This document shows, in pieces, positions 47,989-57,841 of a DNA stretch of 64,000 bases (positions are counted from its first letter, which is position 1; the number at the start of each line of letters is the position of its first letter). This DNA comes from Myxococcota bacterium (lineage in GTDB: Bacteria > Myxococcota_A > Bradymonadia > UBA7976 > UBA1532), in contig JAYZEG010000062.1 in assembly GCA_036337435.1 (NCBI GenBank), forward strand, positions 130,817-194,816. The letters run 5' to 3'. Below the pieces are notes generated by a model that was given only the letters and a program-made list of their open reading frames with translations, did no database searches and was not told the origin of the DNA. The translations under genes and the position numbers were made by a program.

Positions 47989-49796
47989 CATCTCTAGGCC
48001 GCATCCTATGCGTCTGCCTATTGGTCAGTTTAGCCCACGCAGAGGTACATTCTTGGACAAAAGGGCTCACGGGTTATGAAATTGCCCACATCCAGCGGGT
48101 GCTTGAACTCAACGGTTTTCAAGCGCGGCCCTTGGATGGCAAGCAGGTGGTGGACTTTGTTCATATCCATCGATATCCGGTTTTAGTCGAATTCGAATCA
48201 TTACCGACCTTTCCAAACTACCTTCATGCACTCACGGACGAAGACGTGATTCGCCGTGAGGTTTTACTCAAACCGGGTTCATTATTCGAGGAAGCCCTAC
48301 TCATCGAGACTGTTCGAAACTTACGACGTCTCGGCATTTTTTCGCTGGCTGTAGCCATCCCGATTTATGACTCAAAAACGCAGCGAAATGGGCTTTTGGT
48401 TTTAACTCGAGATCTTTGGAGTTTACGACTTGAAAGTCGCTTGCAGTTTACCGGCTCATTCATCGACCAGCTGAGTGCCCAATTGACGGAAAGGAACCTC
48501 TTCGGGCGGGGTAAATTGGTTTCAGCTCGTTTCATCATGGACCCATTCACCTACACAACAGGTGCGCTGTACAGTGACCCAAGACTGGGCGGGAAGCGGT
48601 TTTCCCTCTTAGGGAGCGCGGATGCGATTTTTGAGCGCGAAACCAATCGCTATGATGGCTTCAAAACCTTCTTAAATTTTGCCAGACCCTTTTATAATTT
48701 CGGTCAAAAATGGGGTTTTAATGGATATCTTTTTTTCCAGCGGCTCAGTGGTCGTCAAGCTCGACAAGGGGTCCTTCTCGGCTATGACGACCCCGAAACT
48801 ACCGAGGTAGAGTTAATACCAAGACTTTGGGAAAGCGAAAGCATTTCGAGTGAAGTATTGGTCAGCCATCAGACGGGTAAACGGGTCATATTAAGGAGTT
48901 CTGTTGGGATTGGCGCGCTTGATTACCATGCGTACGCAGTCAAGGACTCTAAGTTGGCCGATTACAGTGCCCAAACTCAAGCGCGCTTTAGACAAGACGT
49001 GATTCCAGACGATCAACGTTGGTTCTATCCGGTCCTGGCCGCGGAGTTTTTCGAGAATCGATACAAAAGTTTTCTCAATTTAAGTGGCTACGCATTTAGC
49101 GAGTATGTACAACTTGGTCTCTCCGGACGTGCTCGAATTCGAACGCCGCTCGCCGTCTTTGGTTCGTCGCAAGATCTGGCACTACTGGGTGGCTCCTTAA
49201 CGTTTCGCGAGGCCATTTTAAAAGATGGTCTGTTCGAATTATCCGCTGGTTGCCAGTCGCGATATGATCGCGCTACCGGCCGGTTTGGAGATACGGGATA
49301 TTTATTGCGCAATCGTGTGGCGTCGCCTTGGCTTGGCGCAGGGCGGTTGGTTGCTCGTCATGACCTACTCTACTATGCCGACCCGGTCCGCCTCTACGCG
49401 CTGACCTTGGGTGGCGATAACGGATTGAGAGGGTATCCAAGCCAAAACTTTGTGTCTTTCGGTGGCGGCCGATTGAGGTCAAACGTCGAATTCAGAAGTG
49501 CGCCAGTCGAGCTTTTCACTTTCCGGGCTGGCCTCGTTGGTTTTTACGATGCCGGTATTTTATACGACGGCTCTCAGGCGACCGGGTTGAAGCAGAGTGT
49601 CGGCGCAGGTTTTCGAATGATTGTCCCACAGGCCAGCCGCTTTACATATCGACTTGATTTCGGGGTTCCTTTGGATGGGACCGGCTTTATGGTCACCATA
49701 AGTGGTGAGACCAACCAAGCCGTTCCCATGACCATTGAAGAGGACGTCATATCGCCGGACGCCACATCGGTCGGAGGTTTGGTAAACCAGCCCTAA
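47979..49796 (+). CDS. Omp85 (BamA/TamA-like) outer-membrane protein with one POTRA domain
   Basis: VIRREVLLKPG...ETVRNLRRLGIF; ERNLFGRG; LGGDNGLRGYP; RLDFGVP. Confidence 0.82.
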   Translation: MALTSLGRILCVCLLVSLAHAEVHSWTKGLTGYEIAHIQRVLELNGFQARPLDGKQVVDFVHIHRYPVLVEFESLPTFPNYLHALTDEDVIRREVLLKPGSLFEEALLIETVRNLRRLGIFSLAVAIPIYDSKTQRNGLLVLTRDLWSLRLESRLQFTGSFIDQLSAQLTERNLFGRGKLVSARFIMDPFTYTTGALYSDPRLGGKRFSLLGSADAIFERETNRYDGFKTFLNFARPFYNFGQKWGFNGYLFFQRLSGRQARQGVLLGYDDPETTEVELIPRLWESESISSEVLVSHQTGKRVILRSSVGIGALDYHAYAVKDSKLADYSAQTQARFRQDVIPDDQRWFYPVLAAEFFENRYKSFLNLSGYAFSEYVQLGLSGRARIRTPLAVFGSSQDLALLGGSLTFREAILKDGLFELSAGCQSRYDRATGRFGDTGYLLRNRVASPWLGAGRLVARHDLLYYADPVRLYALTLGGDNGLRGYPSQNFVSFGGGRLRSNVEFRSAPVELFTFRAGLVGFYDAGILYDGSQATGLKQSVGAGFRMIVPQASRFTYRLDFGVPLDGTGFMVTISGETNQAVPMTIEEDVISPDATSVGGLVNQP

Positions 49797-50329
49797 GGCC
49801 TTGACAAAGGTTGTGTCCAAGGATCCCCAGAGTACTTTTTGCTTGAGGAGAAAGTCGGCCCTGTTTTTGTCCCATTCGAGTCTGATTTTTCAGTTGTGCT
49901 CCGCGCTGTCTCGGTCTTTTTAATCCGGGCTTTAAACGGGCTGCCTGTCCATGGCTCTGTCCATGGTTCCGACTCATTGACCACCTTTTTACCGACGGTC
50001 TGTGTTGGTAAATCGATGTCTACACTCTCCGGATATTCCCACGCCCATAGAAACCCTGTGTACATGGAAATGACACCCAATCCGATGGTCGGCAAGGTCA
50101 TACTTCGGCTGATGGTGTGCGTCTCAACATGATCTCCATGTTCCACCTTGATGATGGCTGTTTCCGGAAGCCCCATCCGTTTCACCGTTGCAGTCCCTTG
50201 GCCAACATGGTCTCCATTCACATAAATGTCGCAATCGGGCTGATTGGTTTTTATGGTCATCATGCGATGACAACCGGAACAGATGAGTCCTAAAGAGATT
50301 AAGACGGCTAGTCTGACTTGAAAAGACAT
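49793..50329 (-). CDS. PEGA-like domain lipoprotein
   Basis: Lipobox CSGC; IKTNQPDCDIYVNG..VG. Confidence 0.7.
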   Translation of the reverse strand: MSFQVRLAVLISLGLICSGCHRMMTIKTNQPDCDIYVNGDHVGQGTATVKRMGLPETAIIKVEHGDHVETHTISRSMTLPTIGLGVISMYTGFLWAWEYPESVDIDLPTQTVGKKVVNESEPWTEPWTGSPFKARIKKTETARSTTEKSDSNGTKTGPTFSSSKKYSGDPWTQPLSRP

Positions 50330-50331
50330 CG

Positions 50332-51276
50332 TTAGAACCCCAACACCATATTAAAACGCATGCCGTGGACGATTGAATTATCAAGGCTATAGGTTCCAGC
50401 GAGATAACTCACCTCCGGTCGGATAGACACATCGCTGGTGCGTCCGATAATCATACCAACTGCTGCAAACAGACCGAGGCCTGACCCTGATAAATGGTCA
50501 TCATCGTTGACGTTGTCTTCCACCTCCTCAATGCTGATGGCACTCAACGAAAGGCCGCCACCGATATACGGTGTGACATCGTCATCAGCCAATGGATAGT
50601 ACGCACCCAGTGAGAATTCTGCGAAGGAGAAGTCTGTGCCCATGCCGCCCAAGCGACCGTCGGCTGTGAACAAAACGGTTCGATTATCGAACAGCCATGA
50701 TGCGCCGAGGGTTGGTAGAACCTCTGCGCCATCTACGCCAACGACCAGACCGCCAATACCGAACCCAAAATTTTGGTGTGACCGTTTGCGTTTCAAAGAG
50801 TTTTGCTCGCGTCGTGTCACGGTATGAATATTGGAGTTTCCTTGTGCTTTGGTCCGCGTGTAGAGCGCGAGAGCAAGACGCTCCATGACCGTTTCTAGGT
50901 CCGACGGGTTGGCTGCAGTCATCATGTCGGTAAAAATGGCTGACTTCTGTCCAACCGCGAATTTTTCAACCTGAACAATGGCGCGCTTACCTAAACGGGT
51001 GATGCGCCCTTTTATGTAGTGTTTAGCCCCAACAGATTTCGCGATTTCATCGGCCTGCGCTGCGGTGACTCTTCGGTCCTTAGAGTCGTTACGAATGACG
51101 TCAACGGGGTGGTTGCCGAGAAAAATCGACAATACATCTCGTGCGGCATCCAAGATTTCTGTGTGTACGGTCTGGCCCTCGAATGGCAAGATGGTGACCG
51201 TCAGCTTGGTCTTCGCATAGCTTGCATTGAGCATGACCAACATCATGATTATGCTGAGTTTGATTAAGCGTGTCAT
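50332..51276 (-). CDS. Exported protein with a TolB-N/CsgG-like alpha/beta domain and a small outer-membrane beta-barrel
   Basis: Signal peptide; VTILPFEG...AKSVGAKHYIKGRITRLG; TPYIGGG; ends in Phe. Start ATG 51276 with an AAGGGG SD. Confidence 0.65.
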   Translation of the reverse strand: MTRLIKLSIIMMLVMLNASYAKTKLTVTILPFEGQTVHTEILDAARDVLSIFLGNHPVDVIRNDSKDRRVTAAQADEIAKSVGAKHYIKGRITRLGKRAIVQVEKFAVGQKSAIFTDMMTAANPSDLETVMERLALALYTRTKAQGNSNIHTVTRREQNSLKRKRSHQNFGFGIGGLVVGVDGAEVLPTLGASWLFDNRTVLFTADGRLGGMGTDFSFAEFSLGAYYPLADDDVTPYIGGGLSLSAISIEEVEDNVNDDDHLSGSGLGLFAAVGMIIGRTSDVSIRPEVSYLAGTYSLDNSIVHGMRFNMVLGF

Positions 51277-51318
51277 TGATTTCCCCTTGATGCTTCTTTG
51301 ATTTCCTAACCCTTGGAC

Positions 51319-51335
51319 AGCAACGGCTGTGCCAA
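51319..51335 (-). promoter_or_regulatory. Sigma54 promoter
   Basis: Minus strand reads TTGGCAC-AGCCG-TTGCT, a full consensus match about 40 nt upstream of the ATG. Confidence 0.75.
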
Positions 51336-51409
51336 CCGGCAAGAATAGTGGTTTTTTGTTTTTAAATTACTAATTTTATTTGGTTTTTGTTTTTGTTTCG
51401 ATGAGGGTG

Positions 51410-51460
51410 TATCCAATAGAGTGAGAACGAATGTTCTCAATTGGATATCTAATGTTCACA
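51410..51460. promoter_or_regulatory. Palindromic upstream activator site for the sigma54 promoter
   Basis: TGAGAAC-gaat-GTTCTCA (51422-51439), flanked by TATCCAAT/ATTGGATA; separated from the promoter by an AT tract. Confidence 0.55.
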
Positions 51461-51511
51461 GCCTGGTGCAGACATGCTCCATTTTGGCGTACGTCTATGG
51501 CAGGCGTGCAG

Positions 51512-52258
51512 TCAACCCATGAGAGCTCGAACCATCAACCCAATGGCTGATACGCTTGCAACAGCTAGGACAGCCTTTCGAAACGGCTCACCTTCAATGC
51601 GTCCAATCAAAAATCGGCTCGCGTATAAACCGACTCCGATGGCGGGTACCAAAAAGACCGCCAGCACAATGTCCGTTTGCGAAATTAATCCGCCCGAAAC
51701 GCGAGCACCAATGGTCACGAAGAGGCCAATGATAAAGATTGTGGCAAGGCTTGAGCGTAGTGTGCCACCCCCCGAATCTCGATAAAGCAAAGCCAATGGC
51801 GGACCACCGATTGACGAGACCAGGGCACCCGTGCCAGACACCGTACCAGCAATGAGTTCTGTCATCGCGTTTCGTGGAATTCGTTGTATCAGTGTCAGTG
51901 AGATCACAGCGATCATGACGACCGCTGCGATGCTGATGTCCAGAATGAATTGACTGGCGACCTTGAGTAAGAGCACCCCGAGGCCCGCACCAATACCTCG
52001 ACCGAGCAAGACCCAGCCCAACCCTTTCAAATCGAGTGCCGCCCGTTCACGCCAGGCCATACTGACCGCCAGTGGTGCGATCAACAAGAGTTGCGGGACC
52101 GGTGCTAATCTTGGGTCGATGAGCGATAAGACAGGGACTGACAACACCGCAAATCCGAACCCAATAGTCGCCTGAAGCGTTGCCGCTACACTGGTGACCA
52201 AAAACGCGACACCGTAAACAGTGGGGGTGACTGGCAGCCAGTCTAGAATTGTTGACAT
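51512..52258 (-). CDS. TauE/SafE family exporter
   Basis: ATLQATIGFGFA, SSIGGPPLALLY; start moved to ATG 52258. Confidence 0.85.
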   Translation of the reverse strand: MSTILDWLPVTPTVYGVAFLVTSVAATLQATIGFGFAVLSVPVLSLIDPRLAPVPQLLLIAPLAVSMAWRERAALDLKGLGWVLLGRGIGAGLGVLLLKVASQFILDISIAAVVMIAVISLTLIQRIPRNAMTELIAGTVSGTGALVSSIGGPPLALLYRDSGGGTLRSSLATIFIIGLFVTIGARVSGGLISQTDIVLAVFLVPAIGVGLYASRFLIGRIEGEPFRKAVLAVASVSAIGLMVRALMG

Positions 52259-52421
52259 AAACTCGCTCGGGTTGGTTTGCGTCCGAAGATGTACCAGAAT
52301 CGAACCCAAGGTGGGCTCCGCCGGAAAATAGCATAGACTCGGGTTTAGGTCAGACATTTTACAGACGCGATAGGGGGTGCTATCGACCCTATTCAATTCA
52401 GCTCAGGTACGCGGTGAATTC

Positions 52422-53441
52422 ATGTATGTGTCCCAAATGCATGCGGATCAAAGAAGTCGCATTGGATTACCCAAACACATCGATCTTCTTGCTCGGTTTT
52501 GTAGCTCGGTCATCGTTGCCTCGGCGTTTGCTGTCTTTGCCCGAGCAGCTGGAGATGTCTTTGACTCTTGGGTTCCATTAAACACCTCGTTGGTGTTGGT
52601 CGGCCTCCAGGCTCTTCGATGTTTGTATTTCATGGGCGTGTGGGTATCTGAGATGGGGTTGGTCATAGACCGCTTTGGAATTTGCTATCGAGGCTTTATC
52701 AAGTCGTGGCGTATTCGCTGGACACACATTGAGTCCGTTGATGGATTGACACTGGTCCACAAGACCGGAGACCTGACTTTTGTTGGTCAGGGGTACGGTC
52801 TGTTTCAGTCAGCTCAACTCGAATCTGACTTGCGGCTCAGACACCAACAATCCCTTCACTTTGACGCCATGACCTTGCCAGTTGACCCGCCATTAATCGA
52901 GACTCATCGCCTCCAATTGAGACCGTGGGGTTTCGAGGATTTTGACTCGTTTCGTAGGCTTTACACGTCGGCAAACGTACGTCGATATAATGGTTATCGA
53001 TTCCAACGAGGCAGAGCGTTAGCCGGTCGATTTAACCGTTTGATTAAGCCTCCCTCCTCGGCTCGTGGGTGTTGTTGGAATTGGCGCATATCGATCTCTG
53101 ATCAGCAGGCGGACGAATCAATCATCGGTTTTTTCGACGCTTGGTTGGCCCCCAAAACAAACTCAGCTGTCTTCATTGCTTATGCATTGGATTTCAAATA
53201 TCAGGGCCAAGGGCTCATGAGTGAGACTTTGGACCAAATGTGTATCTTGTTTTTGGATGCCTGGGGATTTGATGCTGTTCAAGCCACTGTTTTAGTGAAC
53301 AACGAACCGAGCATAAAACTACTCGAGCGAAACGGATTTAACCCGATCACTGCGGCTGATGAAACGGGAGCAATGACCTATCGTCGACGCAGATCATCTC
53401 TGTCTCATGATCAGGTCGCCCAGAACTTCGAGGGCTTCTAG
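52422..53441 (+). CDS. Membrane-anchored RimJ/RimL-type GNAT acetyltransferase
   Basis: Two N-terminal TM helices and a PH-like segment; IETHRLQLRP, YQGQGLMSE, NEPSIKLLERNGF. Confidence 0.7.
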   Translation: MYVSQMHADQRSRIGLPKHIDLLARFCSSVIVASAFAVFARAAGDVFDSWVPLNTSLVLVGLQALRCLYFMGVWVSEMGLVIDRFGICYRGFIKSWRIRWTHIESVDGLTLVHKTGDLTFVGQGYGLFQSAQLESDLRLRHQQSLHFDAMTLPVDPPLIETHRLQLRPWGFEDFDSFRRLYTSANVRRYNGYRFQRGRALAGRFNRLIKPPSSARGCCWNWRISISDQQADESIIGFFDAWLAPKTNSAVFIAYALDFKYQGQGLMSETLDQMCILFLDAWGFDAVQATVLVNNEPSIKLLERNGFNPITAADETGAMTYRRRRSSLSHDQVAQNFEGF

Positions 53442-55358
53442 AGACTGAGGGCTGAGTTTTTTGTCATCTTCATCGTCCTCGTCTTCATCGTCTTTTTTTG
53501 ATCGTTCGGGGTCATCCAAGATCTCTGAGATTTTGATGATCCCTTTGTTCTTCCGCGCTTTGTCCAATTCTTTCTTTACTTTGAGTAGCTCGGCATTGGT
53601 CTTCTGTCTTTCCAGAGAAAGCTCATTGAGCGTTTTGATATCGCTGTCGGTGATGGCGAGCCAACGTTGCCCCTCGACGTTGACATTAACCTTCGTCCCA
53701 CGAAACGCTTCAATGGTTTTCGGTGGTAGCGCGTAGGGCTGATGTCGTTCACCATAGTCTTCATTGTTGAATCTCGAGGGGACGATAATATCGGCCGCGA
53801 CACCCTCGTTCTGGGTGGATTGCCCTCCTGGCCTGAAAAAATGCGCCGTTGTGACCTTCAACGCACCGAACCCGAGGGGCAGGCTCACAATGTTTTGAAC
53901 TGTGCCTTTCCCAAATGTGTGAACGACTCCGACGATCAATGCTCGCCGATAGTCCTTTAGCGCACCGGCTAAGATTTCTGATGCGGAGGCACTGACTCTT
54001 GATGTTGCAACCACCATTGGTCCAGCAAAATTGATGGTTTTATCGGTGTCTTCTAAAACCTGTTTGCTCCCCGTCGCAGGGCCCGCGATGGCCACGACGG
54101 GACCGGTCGCTAAGAATAAGCCAGAGATGTCGACTGACGCCTTGAGTAAACCCCCTCCGTTACGCGACAAGTCCAACATGAGGCCGTCTGCTTTCTTCTG
54201 AGCGACTTCGACCAGTAATTTCTTCATATCGGCCGTACAGTCTCGCGCCCCTTTTCTTGGGTCGCCTCCATAGAACGACGGGAGGCGGATCACCGCAATT
54301 TTGAGCTTTTTTCTGTCTCTCTCAATGGTTTTCCACTCCAGTTTTGCGGCCGACTCTTTCAGGTCGATCTTGTCCCTGGTGATGAGAAAGTGATGGGTTT
54401 CGGCTTTGTTTCGCTGCCGCAAAATCGTCAGTTTCACCTTTGTGCCTTTTTTGCCCCGAATCAGCTTCACAACTTTCCGGAGGGGCATATCAACGACATT
54501 GACCGGTTCACCATTTTCGCCCTGCGCTACAGCAATCACTTTGTCCTTTCGTTTAAGCCCGCCTTGTCGGTCTGCGGCACCACCCGGAATCACCTCGCGA
54601 ACGATGGTGTAGCCGTCGCGGCTACTGAGTTGTGCGCCAATTCCCTCCAGAGAGAGATCCATGGAAATTCGAAAATCAACCAAGTCGTCGGCAGAAAAAT
54701 AGGTTGAGTGCGGGTCCAAGGCGTTTGAAAAAGCGTTCAAGAAACCGGCGTAGACGTCCGCTAAGGTTTGTTCTTTCACATCTTTAGTCACCAACTCGTA
54801 TCGGTGAATGAGTTTTTTCTTCGCCTCCGCTAATTTGGTGCCTGCAGCCACATAGTTCGCCAGCTGGAAGTGGATGAGCTTTTTGCGCGCCTCGGCCCTG
54901 TCTCGGTTTGTCCGAGGGCGTTCTCTTTTGTCGGCATCCATCTGCAAGCTGAGGGAGCGATCGATGGTTAGAGTTGGCTCGCTCACGAGCTTTCGAACAT
55001 GGTCTTCCATTGCGGATTGCCATTTGATTTGCTCCGTACGCAACCATTCGAAAGTTTCGCAATCACCTTCCTGCACACTGGCCAATGCAATTTTAATCCG
55101 TGCTTTTACCTCAGAGAACTCGTCGGCTAGCAGCATGACTTTCGACGGGTCCATCCGCTTCGCATAAAGCTCGACAACACGCTCGTTGATCTCGCCGCTC
55201 TCCCGTCTAAATTGGACGTGGCTATCATGGTAGCGTGCCATCAGTCCTGCGAGAGACCAGCAGACCAGTGGGCTTTTTGTATCTTTTGTTTGCGCAAAAC
55301 CGTGATTGACGGTGACAAAGCTGACCGCCAAGAAAAGAGTCAGGACGCGATATTTCAT
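53394..55358 (-). CDS. prc: Carboxy-terminal processing (tail-specific) protease, S41
   Basis: LDPHSTYF, PDZ EGIGA, DLSRNGGG, SASASEI, TFGKGTVQ. Confidence 0.93.
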   Translation of the reverse strand: MKYRVLTLFLAVSFVTVNHGFAQTKDTKSPLVCWSLAGLMARYHDSHVQFRRESGEINERVVELYAKRMDPSKVMLLADEFSEVKARIKIALASVQEGDCETFEWLRTEQIKWQSAMEDHVRKLVSEPTLTIDRSLSLQMDADKRERPRTNRDRAEARKKLIHFQLANYVAAGTKLAEAKKKLIHRYELVTKDVKEQTLADVYAGFLNAFSNALDPHSTYFSADDLVDFRISMDLSLEGIGAQLSSRDGYTIVREVIPGGAADRQGGLKRKDKVIAVAQGENGEPVNVVDMPLRKVVKLIRGKKGTKVKLTILRQRNKAETHHFLITRDKIDLKESAAKLEWKTIERDRKKLKIAVIRLPSFYGGDPRKGARDCTADMKKLLVEVAQKKADGLMLDLSRNGGGLLKASVDISGLFLATGPVVAIAGPATGSKQVLEDTDKTINFAGPMVVATSRVSASASEILAGALKDYRRALIVGVVHTFGKGTVQNIVSLPLGFGALKVTTAHFFRPGGQSTQNEGVAADIIVPSRFNNEDYGERHQPYALPPKTIEAFRGTKVNVNVEGQRWLAITDSDIKTLNELSLERQKTNAELLKVKKELDKARKNKGIIKISEILDDPERSKKDDEDEDDEDDKKLSPQSLEALEVLGDLIMRQR

Positions 55359-55498
55359 AGATATGGACCCTTCACCAAGAATCTCAAGTTCCGATTGAAT
55401 GACTGAGTCTGGAAAACTTGTCAGTCCGTGTAGACAACTAACGCATCCGACCAGGTTCTTATTTCTGACGCACGAAAGGAATTGTTAGTTACGAAAAA

Positions 55499-56458
55499 CT
55501 ACATCTCGCTGACACCGTCAAATTTGAAGCATCCCCGTATGCTCGCGATTTGGCCGCCTGAAGCACGACAACTGATGTCAAATGACACATCGATACTCTG
55601 AACCGTATCGTCGACTTGTTCAAAGGTACGAATGATCAGCTCACCGGCCCATTCGCTCGTCAATGCCATATTGCATTCGTCTGGCATGTCTAAACTTTCG
55701 CGGGTGCTGACGGCGAGGTCTTGACTGGTTAAACGCTGTTGTGAGGAGCCGTCTGAGTCAGCGGCAAACCGAAATGAGACGTTGGCATTGCTGAGTTGCA
55801 GAGTGAGCTGCTCTCCCTCAGTTGAATAGGTGACTTGACCGGGGCCAAAGGTCTCGCTTGCTTCGCTGGCTCGACTCAAATCATTTCGGTACGCTACTTG
55901 GCCTACGTTTTGTTCGCACCCCTCATCGGGCACCACACTCATGAATGCAGCTGTAGGATCGACCAACTTGATAGGTTTTGAGAAGGCAAAGGGCTCGAGC
56001 GGGTTGTCTGTAAAGGCGGCGTAGAGGGTCACAAACTCGGGGCACTCCAGGGCCCCCCCTGCTCGACAAGTGACGTAGACCGTCTGCGCCAGTCCATCGA
56101 CAAATTGCACAACCGATGGGTCCATCCTGCCCGCTTCGATGGGACTGGGAAAAATAAGAAGTTCTCCCGAATAAGCCTCTCCATCAACACGTTGATTTGC
56201 CTCGATAAGGATTGGAGTGCTGTCGAGCCCGTCAGCGCGCATATATCGATCTGCAATCGTGAACGTGACATCCAGCGACCGTTCGGGTTCATTTGCTGGA
56301 GCGACCTGACATTGTCCCCCGGTACAACTGAGCCCATCTGCACACGGGTCAGCACCAATACGGCACTCTGCCCCTTCTTCGCCCGGTTGCAAAACCGCTT
56401 CGTCACAGCCAGAAGACGCGCCGATGAAAGCCAGTAAAACGAGTGTTCGATACCACAT
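55499..56458 (-). CDS. Hypothetical lipoprotein (Cys-rich N-terminus, Ig-like domain)
   Basis: MWYRTLVLLAFIGASSGC lipobox; CRIGADPCADGLSCTGGQC. Confidence 0.75.
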   Translation of the reverse strand: MWYRTLVLLAFIGASSGCDEAVLQPGEEGAECRIGADPCADGLSCTGGQCQVAPANEPERSLDVTFTIADRYMRADGLDSTPILIEANQRVDGEAYSGELLIFPSPIEAGRMDPSVVQFVDGLAQTVYVTCRAGGALECPEFVTLYAAFTDNPLEPFAFSKPIKLVDPTAAFMSVVPDEGCEQNVGQVAYRNDLSRASEASETFGPGQVTYSTEGEQLTLQLSNANVSFRFAADSDGSSQQRLTSQDLAVSTRESLDMPDECNMALTSEWAGELIIRTFEQVDDTVQSIDVSFDISCRASGGQIASIRGCFKFDGVSEM

Positions 56459-56545
56459 GCCAAACAGTGTAACTCGATTGCACCCAAAAGTGCTAATCCG
56501 CAGTGGATTCAAATTAGAGTTGCCGGATAGACCAACCACCTAGGT

Positions 56546-57442
56546 CTAGTAATACCAGGGGATTTTGCTGAAATCTCTCGGTCTTTTTTCCAAGAACGCG
56601 TTGCGGCCTTCGACTGCCTCATCGGTCATGTAGGCGAGCCTTGTCGCTTCTCCAGCCAACAATTGTTGCCCCACGAGTCCGTCATCGATCAGGTTGAATG
56701 AGTATTTTAGCATTCTTTGCGCTGTCGGACTTTTATCGTTAATTTCGGCCGCCCATTGAAGAGCCGTTGTTTCGAGCTCAGCATGGGGAATGACCGCATT
56801 GACCATGCCCATATCGTAGGCTTCGCTCGCCGAATAGTTGCGTCCGAGGAAAAAGATCTCTCTGGCCCGTTTTTGGCCCACTTGGCGGGCAAGATAGGCT
56901 GAGCCGAAGCCGCCATCGAAGCTCGCGACATCAGCATCGGTCTGCTTGAAGACCGCGTGTTCTTCGCTCGCGAGAGTCAAGTCGCAAACGACATGTAGAC
57001 TGTGTCCCCCACCAACGGCCCAACCGGGCACCACGCAGATCACCACTTTGGGCATGAACCGGATTAAACGTTGAACCTCAAGAATATGTAGACGTCCCAG
57101 TCGTGCCGGATCGGGTGCACCCGTTTCTTTGCCCTCGTATTGATAGCCAACCCGACCGCGAATTCGTTGATCACCGCCGGAGCAAAAGGCCCATCCGCCA
57201 TCCTTTTCCGACGGTCCATTGCCCGTCAGTAAAACACAGCCCACGTCACTCCATTGTCTGGCGTGATCAAGTGCCAGGTACAATTCGTCTACGGTGGCAG
57301 GTCTGAATGCATTTCGGACTTCGGGACGATTGAATGCAATTCTGACTGTGCCCTGGTTGACCGCGCGATGATAGGTAATGTCTTGGAAATTAAATCCGGG
57401 TACGTCTTGCCACTCATCAGCGTTAAAAATCGGCGAAATCAT
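56546..57442 (-). CDS. menB: 1,4-dihydroxy-2-naphthoyl-CoA synthase
   Basis: RPEVRNAFRP, FCSGGDQ, GGGHSLHVVCDLT, SFDGGFGS, GQKRAREIF. Confidence 0.96.
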   Translation of the reverse strand: MISPIFNADEWQDVPGFNFQDITYHRAVNQGTVRIAFNRPEVRNAFRPATVDELYLALDHARQWSDVGCVLLTGNGPSEKDGGWAFCSGGDQRIRGRVGYQYEGKETGAPDPARLGRLHILEVQRLIRFMPKVVICVVPGWAVGGGHSLHVVCDLTLASEEHAVFKQTDADVASFDGGFGSAYLARQVGQKRAREIFFLGRNYSASEAYDMGMVNAVIPHAELETTALQWAAEINDKSPTAQRMLKYSFNLIDDGLVGQQLLAGEATRLAYMTDEAVEGRNAFLEKRPRDFSKIPWYY

Positions 57443-57756
57443 AGCTGTTGCTCCTGCTGAATCTTTTTCCCGCTGGGAAATCTACACTGAAAAATAAGCG
57501 ATTGCATCAGCCTTGCGGAGACAGTCGTTCACTGGATGGCTTCCCGGTCCACGGTCCTCATCTCATCCCCGACCTTTGACTGGACGACCGATCGTCGGTT
57601 TTTCAAGCCCCGTACATGGTTAGATCCAGAGCCATTTTCATGACCAGAACCTGTCGATGGTTTGTTCGCAAATAGGTGGATCCAATATTTATGCGGCTAA
57701 TTTTATCTCAAGTTTTCTTAAAAAATGCCGTTGTGTTTAAGGGAGGCCAACAATAA

Positions 57757-57773
57757 TTGGCCCGGTGTTTGCT
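57757..57773 (+). promoter_or_regulatory. Candidate sigma54 promoter for the TPR-amidohydrolase-sulfotransferase gene
   Basis: TTGGCCCGGTGTTTGCT (GG-N10-GC with TTGCT at -12), preceded by an AT-rich tract. Confidence 0.6.
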
Positions 57774-57841
57774 TTACTAGCCGGTTGGAGATGCTCAACC
57801 AAGTTTGCTTGGGCGAGTGCAACGACAGTAGGGGACGTCAA

